Positions 7,812 to 16,508 are shown, counted from the stretch's first letter. The stretch: DNA of 32,000 nt from Chitinophagaceae bacterium (GCA_016720745.1 JADKKA010000006.1:152516-184515), one strand, 5' to 3'. Numbers and translations are program-made. The notes: generated by a model from the letters alone, not told the origin.

Positions 7812-10169
7812 TCATGATGCTGTTTCCATGAAAACCTGTTTGCCTGTTTGATGGGTTGTTGTCTGACAGGGTGTTTTTTCCAATGCCAGTCTGGCCAGCA
7901 GGCAGCTTACCGTAGATTCGGCGCCCTGATTCAGGTTCACATTATTTTCTTCCAGTCCGTCATAGCAACCACCCGTACAGGGATTGTAGATGATCTGGTG
8001 AAGGTGATTCCTGCCGAGGAACCATTCATAAGCCAGGTTCATTTTATTTTTATATTCTTTGTCCCTGAAAACAGTAGAGAATTTCTTCAGTGCTAAAATG
8101 GTATAGGCCACATCAATGGGTTGTTCTCCTCCCTGCCATACCCTGGAAGATTCCCGGCCCTGGTGCAGCCAGCTGCTGTTGGAGATCACTTTGATGGCTC
8201 CATCAACAAATATTTTTGATAAGAGGAAGTCAAATGATTCCTTGGCTGTTTCCTTGTAAACCAGCTTTCCTGTTGCAAGCCAGGCACAGAGCATAGCTTC
8301 CGGCAGCAGACTGTTAGCATATGTGAGATAGCTTTCGTACCAGTGCCAGTTTTCTTTTTTTTCATGGCGGTACATTTGCAGCAAACGGTTGGCCAGTTCA
8401 ATGATGATGGCAATATCCTGTTCTCTCCTGGTTTCTTTATTGCGGTAATACAATCCTTTGATCACAAAAGCCATGGCACGGGTGGAGTGAATGGCCCCGG
8501 CATTCAATTGTGCGGATGACATCATGGCATCTGCCTCTTCAATGATCTGCAGGGGAAGGATATGTTCAAGGGAGAGCAGGTAACCCAGTGCCCAGATCGC
8601 CCTGCCATTGGCGTCGGCGAGATTCACTTCGTTATTCTGACCACTGAAAAAGCGCTCCTCTTTTACATAGTTCAGGAAATGCCCTTCGGGTTGCAGGCAG
8701 TATTTAATGAATTTAAAATAGATTTTAATGTAGGGAAGACCGGCGGTGTCACCGGTAAGTTCAAAATGCCGGCACATGGCCACCAATGCCCTTGCGTTAT
8801 CGTCCAGTGTATAACCGGATTGGATATCGGGCCGGTTGATCACAGAAAACTGGATCATTCCAAATGAAGTCGTCAGTTTTTTAAAGTGATCCAGGTTCAC
8901 GGGCGGAAGGGAATAGTGAAGCTGCAAATCTCCTTTGCATAATTGTTCAAATAATAATGCATGGGCAATGGCGGTATTTTCCCAGGCGGTGGAGGCTGTT
9001 TGCTGGATGCTGTTGATCCCTGTTTTTTCCCGGAGGGTATCATCTGTAAGTAAATCCACGATGGCCTTACTGAGCTGGGCTGCATTGCCAAAATCAAAGA
9101 TCACATTTCCTTCCTGGGGTAAAACCTCTTTCGCATGCGGAATAGGTGTTGAAATAATCGGGCATCCGCAACTGATGGCATAGGAGAAAGTACCGCTTAC
9201 GGTCTGGTTGGGATCCCGGGAGGAAAATATATAGATATCAGTAAGCTGTAAATAATCTAGTAGTTCTTCCAGTGGCAGGTAAGCATTAATAAAGCGAACA
9301 TGTTCGGTCAGGTTCAATGCTTTTGTTTTTGCTACCAGTGATTCCCGGTATCGTTCACCTTCATTACTGATTACACCGGGATGTGTTTTGCCAATGATCA
9401 GGAACAGTACATCAGGATCCAGTAATACAATGGCCGGTAAGGCCGATAAAGTGGTTTCGATACTTTTTCCGGCACTGAGTAATCCGAATGTAGACAGTAC
9501 TTTTCTTCCGGTCAGCCCGTATTTTTCTTTCAGTAGTTTTTTATCCTTATGTGGCACCAGGTGGGTGCCATGCGGAATCACAGTAATCTTTAAGGCCGGG
9601 ATAGAGTAGTGATGTACCAGCATTTCTTTTGAGTGCTGGGTCATTACAATGATGCCGGCCGCCGTTTTACAAATTTCCTTCACATTCTCCAGTAAGGCGG
9701 TATCCGGTTCTGGAAGTACAGTATGAAAAGTGATTAATACAGGCACCTGTAATGCATGCAGTAATTCATGCAGGGCTTTTTCCTGTTTGGCATAAAATCC
9801 AAATTCATGTTGCAGCAATACCAGGGAAACAGATGGATCATCCTGGATGGATTGATACAGGGCTTTATAGGAAGCCGGATCATCTGTTTGCAACCTGTAT
9901 TGAACTTCAGCAGGGTATTGGTGTTTTTCCACGGCTGTTTCCAGCGCGCAAATCTGCAGCCGGAAACCATGGTTGAATTTGTTTCCCAGCGCCTGTACCA
10001 GGTCCTGGGTATAGGTGGCAATACCGCATTGCCTGGGTGGGTAGGAGCTGATAAAAAGAATGACAGGTTGTGCCGTGCTGGAAATACTATCTCCGTTTTG
10101 CTGACCCCTGTGACTGGATTCCTGCATGAGTTGCCCGGCCTTATTGTATGGATTTTGTATTTTGTTCAT
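7812..10169 (-). CDS. Glycosyltransferase family 4 (group 1) fused to a C-terminal ~380-aa helical, alpha/alpha-toroid-like domain
   Basis: The N-terminal half carries GT4 hallmarks (ILFISSYPPRQCGIATYTQDL; C-terminal Rossmann half with IFSSRDPNQTVSGTFSYAISCGCPIISTPIPHAKE). The C-terminal half (from about aa 410) is helix-rich with spaced aromatic and acidic motifs (DDNARAL, NGRAIWALGYL, WYESYLTYANSLLPEA, NQGAEST), typical of six-hairpin glycan-binding or glycosidase folds. An alternative start at Met15 (10127) would remove the overlap with the upstream gene. Confidence 0.85.
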   Translation of the reverse strand: MNKIQNPYNKAGQLMQESSHRGQQNGDSISSTAQPVILFISSYPPRQCGIATYTQDLVQALGNKFNHGFRLQICALETAVEKHQYPAEVQYRLQTDDPASYKALYQSIQDDPSVSLVLLQHEFGFYAKQEKALHELLHALQVPVLITFHTVLPEPDTALLENVKEICKTAAGIIVMTQHSKEMLVHHYSIPALKITVIPHGTHLVPHKDKKLLKEKYGLTGRKVLSTFGLLSAGKSIETTLSALPAIVLLDPDVLFLIIGKTHPGVISNEGERYRESLVAKTKALNLTEHVRFINAYLPLEELLDYLQLTDIYIFSSRDPNQTVSGTFSYAISCGCPIISTPIPHAKEVLPQEGNVIFDFGNAAQLSKAIVDLLTDDTLREKTGINSIQQTASTAWENTAIAHALLFEQLCKGDLQLHYSLPPVNLDHFKKLTTSFGMIQFSVINRPDIQSGYTLDDNARALVAMCRHFELTGDTAGLPYIKIYFKFIKYCLQPEGHFLNYVKEERFFSGQNNEVNLADANGRAIWALGYLLSLEHILPLQIIEEADAMMSSAQLNAGAIHSTRAMAFVIKGLYYRNKETRREQDIAIIIELANRLLQMYRHEKKENWHWYESYLTYANSLLPEAMLCAWLATGKLVYKETAKESFDFLLSKIFVDGAIKVISNSSWLHQGRESSRVWQGGEQPIDVAYTILALKKFSTVFRDKEYKNKMNLAYEWFLGRNHLHQIIYNPCTGGCYDGLEENNVNLNQGAESTVSCLLARLALEKTPCQTTTHQTGKQVFMETAS

Positions 10170-11202
10170 CCGGCTTCTTATTTAAGAGTAATTCATCAAT
10201 CAATGCACTAAGACTTACGGAAGCAACGGCAATCTGCTCATCTGCTGCACCGTAATAGATATATAAAGTGTCGCCAAACAGGGCAGTGCCGGTGGGGAAG
10301 CACACATTATTTACATATCCCGTGAGTTCCCATTCCTCTTCCGGTTTAAAAAGCGGCTCTGGCAGACGGGCTATTTCGCGGGTGGGGTTATCGAGATCAA
10401 GCAGGGCGGCACAGGCCGAGTATACATAGCCTTTGATGGTATCATGAACACCATGATAAATAATCAACCAGCCGGCAGCGGTTTCAATAGGCGGGCAGCC
10501 TCCGCCGATATAACTTACTTCATGTTCGTATTGAGCTGACAGTACAATATATTGTTCCAGGTGCAGGAAATAATGCTGCCAGAATACCGGAGTCAGTTCA
10601 GAAAGGTCATTCACTGCTACAATCTGTATATCGGGCCTCACCCGATGCAGAAAGACCAGCTGGCCATTGATTCTCCGTGGAAAGAAAATCACGTTTTTGT
10701 CCCAAAGCAGCATTTTCTTTCCGGCCTCTTCGGAACTATGCCGGTGTTCATTATAGCGTAGGTATTTTTCGTTTATAATTTCTTTTGATCCGGCCAGTCT
10801 GCTGAAAGCTTCATAATCAATTTGTGGAACAATCAGTCCCTGCTTTTCAAATTGCTGCAGATCTTTTGATACTGCCAGTGCGCCCAGCGCATTGATGCCA
10901 TCGTAAGCGGTATAACTTAAATAATAGAGGTCATCAATTTTTACAATACGCGGGTCTTCCATCCCTTTTGATTCATAGTCGAACTGCGGAAAAAGTAAAG
11001 GAGAGTCGGATCTTTCGGCTACTGTAAGTGGCCCACTCAGCCGGCAATAACCCACGCTGGAGTAATTGCCTTTACTAACGGCCCGGTAAAAAAGATGTAT
11101 GATATCATTTTCCCTGATTACAGCCGGATTTAGCACGCCTTCGTTTTCAAATACCAGGCAGGTTTTTTCCAGCAGCACCCCATTTTTAATTACGCTCGGC
11201 AT
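10141..11202 (-). CDS. GH130 family protein (DUF377 / PH1107-related glycosidase or beta-mannoside phosphorylase-like)
   Basis: 353 aa with five-bladed beta-propeller motifs typical of GH130: EGVLNPAVI, HLFYRAVS, GMEDPRIVKIDDLYYLSYTAYDG, DKNVIFFPRRINGQ, GGGCPPIETAAGWLIIYHGV, VCFPTG and YIYYGAADE. Confidence 0.85.
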   Translation of the reverse strand: MPSVIKNGVLLEKTCLVFENEGVLNPAVIRENDIIHLFYRAVSKGNYSSVGYCRLSGPLTVAERSDSPLLFPQFDYESKGMEDPRIVKIDDLYYLSYTAYDGINALGALAVSKDLQQFEKQGLIVPQIDYEAFSRLAGSKEIINEKYLRYNEHRHSSEEAGKKMLLWDKNVIFFPRRINGQLVFLHRVRPDIQIVAVNDLSELTPVFWQHYFLHLEQYIVLSAQYEHEVSYIGGGCPPIETAAGWLIIYHGVHDTIKGYVYSACAALLDLDNPTREIARLPEPLFKPEEEWELTGYVNNVCFPTGTALFGDTLYIYYGAADEQIAVASVSLSALIDELLLNKKPDEQNTKSIQ

Positions 11203-11306
11203 GATGATTTATTAAAATTGAAACAGGCAATACCGCTGGTCAGCAGCTGATATCGGTAGCAATGGTATAAGCCTTTTTTAAAAAGCTGATTGATCCGGGC
11301 AGTTGT

Positions 11307-11492
11307 TCAGATCCTGATTTTTTTAATGGCTTCGAGTAAACCAAATGCCTGTAGCAGCCAAATCACTAAAAGAATGGTTACAACCGCATTCAGCAGATTT
11401 TTGATCTTCCGGTCCATGGGGATATAGGTATTGATCAGCCAAAGCAAAACCCCGGTAACGATCAGGACGATGATGATGGTAAGGAGTGGGAT
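11307..11492 (-). CDS. Small two-helix membrane protein resembling the Thivi_2564 family; start codon uncertain
   Basis: My own translation of the open frame between TGA (11523-11525) and TGA (11307-11309): ..TTIPLLTIIIVLIVTGVLLWLINTYIPMDRKIKNLLNAVVTILLVIWLLQAFGLLEAIKKIRI. The WLINTYIPMD..KIK core matches my memory of that small-protein family. The only in-frame ATG (11415-11417) would cut off the first helix, so a non-ATG start is implied. The end coordinate given is a guess. Confidence 0.4.
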   Translation of the reverse strand: MPLLTIIIVLIVTGVLLWLINTYIPMDRKIKNLLNAVVTILLVIWLLQAFGLLEAIKKIRI

Positions 11493-11577
11493 AGTCGTAA
11501 ATTTAAAAGTTGGTAAATATGGTCATTAAAATTGCATTCGGTTTTTGTGGTACAGGAATACTTCGAAACAGCATTTG

Positions 11578-11940
11578 TTATTCATATCCGTCTTTGATAA
11601 TCGTCAGTATCATTTTAAACCGGCCATTGGGTTTGATATAGTTGGAAGCGTGCGCCGGAATGATGATGCCCTGTCCTTTTTCCAGGATATGGGATTTCTT
11701 ATCTATAATTAATTCTGCCTTTCCTTCAATGATCTGGGCAAACTGGTCAAAGGGCGTTGTTTTTTCAGTGAGGCCTTCTCCGCTGTCAAAAGACATAATA
11801 CTGATATTCCCTGTCGATTTTTTGATGATGGTCTTGATCACAACTGCATTGGTTACATATTCAATAATTTCTACAATGATGTGGGAGGTCGATTTTTCAA
11901 GTTCTGCGGTATCCATAGGTATCTTTAAATGGGTTATCAT
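11578..11940 (-). CDS. Cupin domain protein
   Basis: A ~120-aa beta-barrel pattern: SIMSFDSGEGLTEKTTPFDQFAQIIEGKAELIIDKKSHILEKGQGIIIPAHASNYI. I chose the start at the internal Met (MITHLK) rather than the ORF-track 11976. Confidence 0.7.
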   Translation of the reverse strand: MITHLKIPMDTAELEKSTSHIIVEIIEYVTNAVVIKTIIKKSTGNISIMSFDSGEGLTEKTTPFDQFAQIIEGKAELIIDKKSHILEKGQGIIIPAHASNYIKPNGRFKMILTIIKDGYE

Positions 11941-12038
11941 GATATTATGGCGGTATTGTTTTAAAGAAATAAACACCAGCAGCAGTGCAGTCGTACTGAT
12001 AGTAATACATTGCAGCTACTGGTGGTTAAGACGAACTG

Positions 12039-12497
12039 TCAGTTCCGGCGTCTATTCCGGTTCTGCCAGTTGTTATGCTCCGGGTGCTCTTTTATCTTGA
12101 AGTACCTGGAGTCTTTGCTGTTCCTGATAGATTCCTGATTATGATTGTTTTTATAGGTAGCGTATTTGGTCCGGTACATTCCGGCGTTGCGATAGGGGCG
12201 GTTATCATTGACCACTACTTTGTAACCTGAGTATAAGTCGTAGTTACGATACTGGCGGGGAAGGCTGGCACTGAATACCCAGCGACCTCTTTGTTCGTAC
12301 ACATACTGGCGTCTTGACACATTGTAGAATACATCGATCTCTGGTAAATAATAGTACTCTGCCCTGTCATATCCGGATGGACCCCAAACCGGTTGTGACC
12401 CTATATTGGCCCTGATGCTGATGCGGAGCTGGGCCGAAGCCTCCTGGAACAGGATCGATCCAAGGATGAATCCTGATAATAAAAGTATTTTTTTCAT
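12039..12497 (-). CDS. Secreted hypothetical protein, Y/R/N-rich
   Basis: Signal peptide MKKILLLSGFILGSILFQEASAQ. The mature part is rich in Y/R/N (YYYLPEIDVFYNVSRRQYVYEQRGRWVF). I cannot name a family. Confidence 0.65.
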   Translation of the reverse strand: MKKILLLSGFILGSILFQEASAQLRISIRANIGSQPVWGPSGYDRAEYYYLPEIDVFYNVSRRQYVYEQRGRWVFSASLPRQYRNYDLYSGYKVVVNDNRPYRNAGMYRTKYATYKNNHNQESIRNSKDSRYFKIKEHPEHNNWQNRNRRRN

Positions 12498-12558
12498 TTC
12501 TTTTTATTTAGGGTGATGAAGTTGCCGGTATTTGTTTTTTTTCCGTCAACTGATGGTC

Positions 12559-12744
12559 TTACATACCGGCAATGATCTGCTGAATTTCCTTTTTTGTTTT
12601 ACCGAGCTTTTGCTCCAGTTTTTTCATCATCTGTTCTTCTTCACCTGCTTCAAAAAAAAGGTCATCATCTGTAAGAGAATCAAATTTTTGTTTCAATCTT
12701 TCTTTTTGTCGTTTCCAGTTACCTTTTTGTTCTGTTGTATTCAT
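12559..12744 (-). CDS. CsbD-family general stress protein
   Basis: 61 aa: GNWKRQKERLKQKFDSLTDDDLFFEAGEEEQMMKKLEQKLGKTKKEIQQII. This matches the CsbD/YjbJ signature G-x-W-x-x-x-K-G-K-x-K-x-x-(F/W)-x-x-LTDDDL. Confidence 0.85.
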   Translation of the reverse strand: MNTTEQKGNWKRQKERLKQKFDSLTDDDLFFEAGEEEQMMKKLEQKLGKTKKEIQQIIAGM

Positions 12745-12872
12745 TTTATCGTATTTGTTGTGAAAGAATTTTCACATAGTAAAGATGAATATTTAGCCGC
12801 GCGTGATCATTACAGCATTAGGGTAATACATTACAGCTTTCCTACTTCCTGACCGGAAGCAGATGGAATAGA

Positions 12873-13481
12873 TCAGAAAACATTCCGGCTGTCACCATTA
12901 TGGCTCCAGCTGCTTTCTATTAGCCCTGACTTCATTTTTGTCAGTTCCATTTCACAGGAAATTGTCACTTCTTCCCCTGCCATGATACCACCGGTTAATA
13001 AGGGTGATTTAAAGATGAGTCCCCAGTCGGAGCGATTGATAATGCCGTCAACCTGGAAACCACTTCTTACCATTCCGGCATCATCGGTCATTACAGCTCC
13101 AAACCTCATCTTCAACACTACTGTTTTGGAAATTCCATTAATGGTCAGTTTGCCTTCCAGGCGATGGTTACCCTCTTCATCCTGTTTGCCAACTGAAGAA
13201 GCCACAAAACGCATCCGGGGGTGAAAGGCGGTATTAAAAAATTCAGGGCCGCGAAGCTGTTCATCCCTTTCTTTATTCCCGGTATCAATGGAAGCGATAT
13301 CAATCCACATGTCTATGGAAGTAGTGGTAATATTCTCATTGGTGATACTGATCGTTCCGTCAAATATTTTGAATACACCCCTGATCTGTGCAATCATCAG
13401 GTGCCTGATTTTAAAGCCAATCCTGCTATGTTTATGGTCAATCGCCCACTGTTCTGTTTTATGAAAAGTTAGATTTCTCAT
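12873..13481 (-). CDS. YceI-family polyisoprenoid-binding protein
   Basis: Motifs WAIDHKHSRIGFKIRHLMIAQIRGVFKIFDG, IDTGNKERDEQLRGPEFFN and EGKLTINGISKTVVL are typical of YceI. Confidence 0.9.
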   Translation of the reverse strand: MRNLTFHKTEQWAIDHKHSRIGFKIRHLMIAQIRGVFKIFDGTISITNENITTTSIDMWIDIASIDTGNKERDEQLRGPEFFNTAFHPRMRFVASSVGKQDEEGNHRLEGKLTINGISKTVVLKMRFGAVMTDDAGMVRSGFQVDGIINRSDWGLIFKSPLLTGGIMAGEEVTISCEMELTKMKSGLIESSWSHNGDSRNVF

Positions 13482-13500
13482 GAAATTGTGTTTAGGTATT

Positions 13501-13977
13501 TTAATTCACGTACCTGCGGAGTACCCAGGCCATTGTCTCGTGTTCTTCCATGATACCCGTCATGAAGTCGATTGTGCCGGCATCTTTACTTTTTTCACTG
13601 CTGTCGGTAATGTTCTTCCTCAGCTCCTGAATCAGGGATTCATGGTCGCCCAGTAATTCACGGATCATATCTTTTTGAGAAGGGTATTCCTCCGGCGATT
13701 CTTTTAGTCTCGTCTGGGCCAGGAACTCCTGCATGGTGCCAATTGTGTTGCAACCCAGTTTATTGATTCTTTCTGCTACCTGATCAATGGTTTCTTCCAG
13801 TGAACTGTATTGGTCCTGAAATAATTTATGCAGTTCCATAAAATTGTAACCGTTGATGTTCCAGTGAAATTTTCTGGTCTTCACATACAATGTCATTTCA
13901 TCTGCCAGTATCATGGACAATTGCGTTGTACTTTTCTGCAGGTTATTTTCTGTAATACCAATATTAGGTTTCATCAT
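13501..13977 (-). CDS. dps: Dps (DNA starvation/stationary-phase protection, ferritin-like) protein
   Basis: 158 aa with KTRKFHWNINGYNFMELHKLFQDQY and IDQVAERINKLG (ferroxidase-site H/D/E pattern of Dps), then DFMTGIMEEHETMAWVLR. Confidence 0.92.
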   Translation of the reverse strand: MMKPNIGITENNLQKSTTQLSMILADEMTLYVKTRKFHWNINGYNFMELHKLFQDQYSSLEETIDQVAERINKLGCNTIGTMQEFLAQTRLKESPEEYPSQKDMIRELLGDHESLIQELRKNITDSSEKSKDAGTIDFMTGIMEEHETMAWVLRRYVN

Positions 13978-13984
13978 TATTTAA

Positions 13985-14245
13985 TTAAGAAGTGATAGAG
14001 AGTAATTCGGACAGCAGGTGGTCTGGCAGTGGAAGCGGCATCGGTTTCAAGGCTAAAGGCAGCAACTGGCTTTCAGTGGAAAAACTGTTGCTGTTATCCC
14101 TTCTGTTTTCGTTTTGTGTTGGTATTTCTACTGCGACTGATTCCAGTACAGTTTCGATCATGACGGCAATGTCTTCTCCTCCCTTACCTGTATTCAAAAA
14201 TTGCCGGCTCGCGAAAGGGTGGTTTGATGGGGTTAAGGTACTCAT
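13985..14245 (-). CDS. Hypothetical 86-aa protein, first gene of the Dps operon
   Basis: Its stop lies 7 nt upstream of the dps start on the same strand, so the two are tightly packed. Composition is plausible but I see no motif. A mirror ORF of equal length exists on the plus strand. Confidence 0.4.
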   Translation of the reverse strand: MSTLTPSNHPFASRQFLNTGKGGEDIAVMIETVLESVAVEIPTQNENRRDNSNSFSTESQLLPLALKPMPLPLPDHLLSELLSITS

Positions 14246-14393
14246 GGCGTAAAATTTATATCGTTAAGCCGGGTTCATTGAAGGTGGGTTTTATATTAGT
14301 ACTGATCATTATACAGTTATAACAGCTTTTTATAAAATTCACAGATTTTTTCAGCGCAAAAAGCAGGTGCCGGATCTTCAGGCAGGAGGGATA

Positions 14394-14672
14394 TTACCTG
14401 GGCTGTATTTTTGCCCTTCCGGTACGTTGTTCTTCATGAATCAACCAGCCTCTGACAGTTGGAATCTCAGCCGGGCTATATAGCCCCGGATGATTAGTAT
14501 ATGCCCTCCATTCATCTGTATGAATGAATAGCGATGATTGGTTTGTCTCACCCTGCCATTGTATGGAACCGGAAGCAGGCTCCTGTTCGGGCATCAGGAA
14601 ACTACCCCTGTGATGTTGGCGGGAACTCAGGGACAATCGACGTGTATTTATATTAAGAATGGGTGCTGGCAT
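14394..14672 (-). CDS. Hypothetical protein (weak call)
   Basis: 92-aa ORF that overlaps the upstream 68-aa ORF by 20 nt in another frame. No recognisable motif. Confidence 0.25.
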   Translation of the reverse strand: MPAPILNINTRRLSLSSRQHHRGSFLMPEQEPASGSIQWQGETNQSSLFIHTDEWRAYTNHPGLYSPAEIPTVRGWLIHEEQRTGRAKIQPR

Positions 14673-14859
14673 AGTTGGATAGCATAACAGTCAGGGAATC
14701 ATTGTAATCGCTCAATATTTGCTGGTTCATCACCGGTTCATTCATATCAGGGATGGTCACCGGCATCTCTTCCAGAAATTTGTATAATTCCGGATGCTCA
14801 AGCTGTATCAGCATGGTTGTCTGCAGGATCATTTGGGATGACTGTTTCATGCTTTTCAT
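14653..14859 (-). CDS. Hypothetical small helical protein
   Basis: 68 aa with a non-repetitive, helix-like sequence (LEHPELYKFLEEMPVTIPDMNEP), on the same strand as its neighbours. Confidence 0.4.
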   Translation of the reverse strand: MKSMKQSSQMILQTTMLIQLEHPELYKFLEEMPVTIPDMNEPVMNQQILSDYNDSLTVMLSNYASTHS

Positions 14860-14881
14860 AGCTGTTGCCGGCTTTGACGGC

Positions 14882-15214
14882 TTAATGAAAGCTCCTATGC
14901 ATCAGATCGGGAATCGGCCATCTTGTATTTTCATAATGAAAATTAGCTTCGTAACTGGTCACTGTTCGGAGCACTTTCAGTTTCCCATTAATTTTTTGGA
15001 TGAGTTTCCCACTGGGAAACCTGGATTTGTTAATCTCTGTCAGTGCATTTTCGTAACCCAGGATGGCGGCTTCAAAATTTCCGCAATTTTCATTTCTTAG
15101 GGCATCCCTGAATAAAGAGACAGGTATACTTTTTCGGGTGTATAAACTATAGCCGGTGATGGCAGCAGCTACCAGAAAAACAGCAGCGAAAATGAAATAA
15201 ATGAGGATGCTCAT
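14882..15214 (-). CDS. N-terminally membrane-anchored hypothetical protein
   Basis: MSILIYFIFAAVFLVAAAITGYSLY is a transmembrane anchor. A short helical-repeat-like soluble part follows (FEAAILGYENALTEINK). Confidence 0.55.
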   Translation of the reverse strand: MSILIYFIFAAVFLVAAAITGYSLYTRKSIPVSLFRDALRNENCGNFEAAILGYENALTEINKSRFPSGKLIQKINGKLKVLRTVTSYEANFHYENTRWPIPDLMHRSFH

Positions 15215-15296
15215 GGGAGGGACCAGCAGGGGAAAACTGCAGTATTTAAAGTTCAGTCAGTTAGGAAATATTTGTTTACAAGCTTGCCAATCTTTG

Positions 15297-15914
15297 TTAC
15301 ATGATTGCTACAATCAGCCTGTTTAGCTCTCTGGTTTGTACCGGTGGATATTCTCCGATATTTTCCAGCATGGTGCGTCTTTGTTTTTTTAGTTGTTTGA
15401 AGTGAGAAGGCGTTAACCCGGTTACTTTCTTGAACTGGGTGGACAAATGGGCAACACTGCTGTAATGCATCATGTAGGCGATTTCGGTCAGGTTCAGTTC
15501 ATTATACACCAGTAACTCCTTCACCCGTTCTATTTTATGGGCGATGATAAATTTTTCGATCGTGGTGCCCTGTACTGCTGAAAACAGGTTGGCGAGGTAG
15601 GTATAGTCGTATTTCAGTTTTTCACTGAGGTAGACGGAAAAGTTCACAATGAGTGGTTCATCCGAGTAATGTACCAGTTCGATAATAACATTCTTGATTT
15701 TCTGGATCAGTACACTTTTCTTATCATCCATTAATTCAAGGCCAAACTTTAATAGTTTAGTTCTGAATACTTCCTGCTGTTCAGGGGTAATTGTTTCCAT
15801 AATTTCCGCTGATCCCAGTTCGACAAAAGAATAATGTAGTCCCATCCTGGTCAAAACATCCTTTACTACCATTTTGCAGCGGATGCAGACCATATTTTTG
15901 ATGTATAATTTCAA
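15297..15914 (-). CDS. AraC-family transcriptional regulator with an N-terminal HMA-like (MxCxxC) domain
   Basis: The C-terminus is an AraC-type HTH (LNLTEIAYMMHYSSVAHLSTQFKKVTGLTPSHFK). The N-terminus, MKLYIKNMVCIRCKMVVKDVLTRMG, has the beta-alpha start and M-x-C-x-x-C motif of heavy-metal-associated domains. Confidence 0.85.
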   Translation of the reverse strand: MKLYIKNMVCIRCKMVVKDVLTRMGLHYSFVELGSAEIMETITPEQQEVFRTKLLKFGLELMDDKKSVLIQKIKNVIIELVHYSDEPLIVNFSVYLSEKLKYDYTYLANLFSAVQGTTIEKFIIAHKIERVKELLVYNELNLTEIAYMMHYSSVAHLSTQFKKVTGLTPSHFKQLKKQRRTMLENIGEYPPVQTRELNRLIVAIM

Positions 15915-16151
15915 AGTGCGTAATTAATGACAATTGTTGCAGGAAAGATGAAGCTAAAACGCAACAACTAAAATGAGGAAAGATGAAGGTAGTGTATATA
16001 GCTTGGTAAACAGGGGTTTTGAGGCAAATGAATGAATTATAGAAGTATATCAACTGTATTTTATAATGCCGGAGTGAAAAAAATAGTGAATTGTCACTGA
16101 TTTGTGAGTTACTGCAGTTTTTTCTTCTAAAGTGTAGTTAATCAGCAGGAT

Positions 16152-16508
16152 CTATTTAAAGAAGCCAAAAAGACCTTTTGGTTCTTCCATTCCCACCCAA
16201 ACTGCCTCCTCCCGGATTTCTACCGGCCAGTGTTTTAGAAAATAGCCTTCACCGCTCACATTGCGGCCATTGGACATACAGAATTTATAGCGGTGGAGCG
16301 GACAAACCACATTGCCCAGTGCGTCGAGATAACCATGGGCCATTAAACCGCCGGCATGGGGGCATTTATAAGCAAAGGCAAAAACCTGATCCTGCCAACG
16401 CGCAATGCAGATTTTTTTTCCTTTTACTTCCGTTATGGCAATATGATTATCTGCGAAGTCGAGTTCGTTGATGTGGTTCGCTATTTTGGTCCAGGAGAGG
16501 GAAGTCAT
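16152..16508 (-). CDS. Rieske [2Fe-2S] domain protein (NirD-like small ferredoxin subunit)
   Basis: 118 aa with both cluster-binding boxes, CPHAGG (C-x-H) and CPLHRYKF (C-x-x-H), at the canonical spacing. Confidence 0.88.
   Translation of the reverse strand: MTSLSWTKIANHINELDFADNHIAITEVKGKKICIARWQDQVFAFAYKCPHAGGLMAHGYLDALGNVVCPLHRYKFCMSNGRNVSGEGYFLKHWPVEIREEAVWVGMEEPKGLFGFFK

Noticed and set aside
12532-12852. A 106-aa plus-strand ORF
   Set aside because: It is antisense to the clear CsbD-family gene, and its translation is F/L-rich low complexity.
13992-14252. An 86-aa plus-strand ORF mirroring the minus-strand 13985..14245 ORF
   Set aside because: The minus-strand version is packed 7 nt from dps in the same orientation. 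The plus-strand version would be an isolated antisense gene. Neither is proven, and I kept only the minus-strand one, at low confidence.
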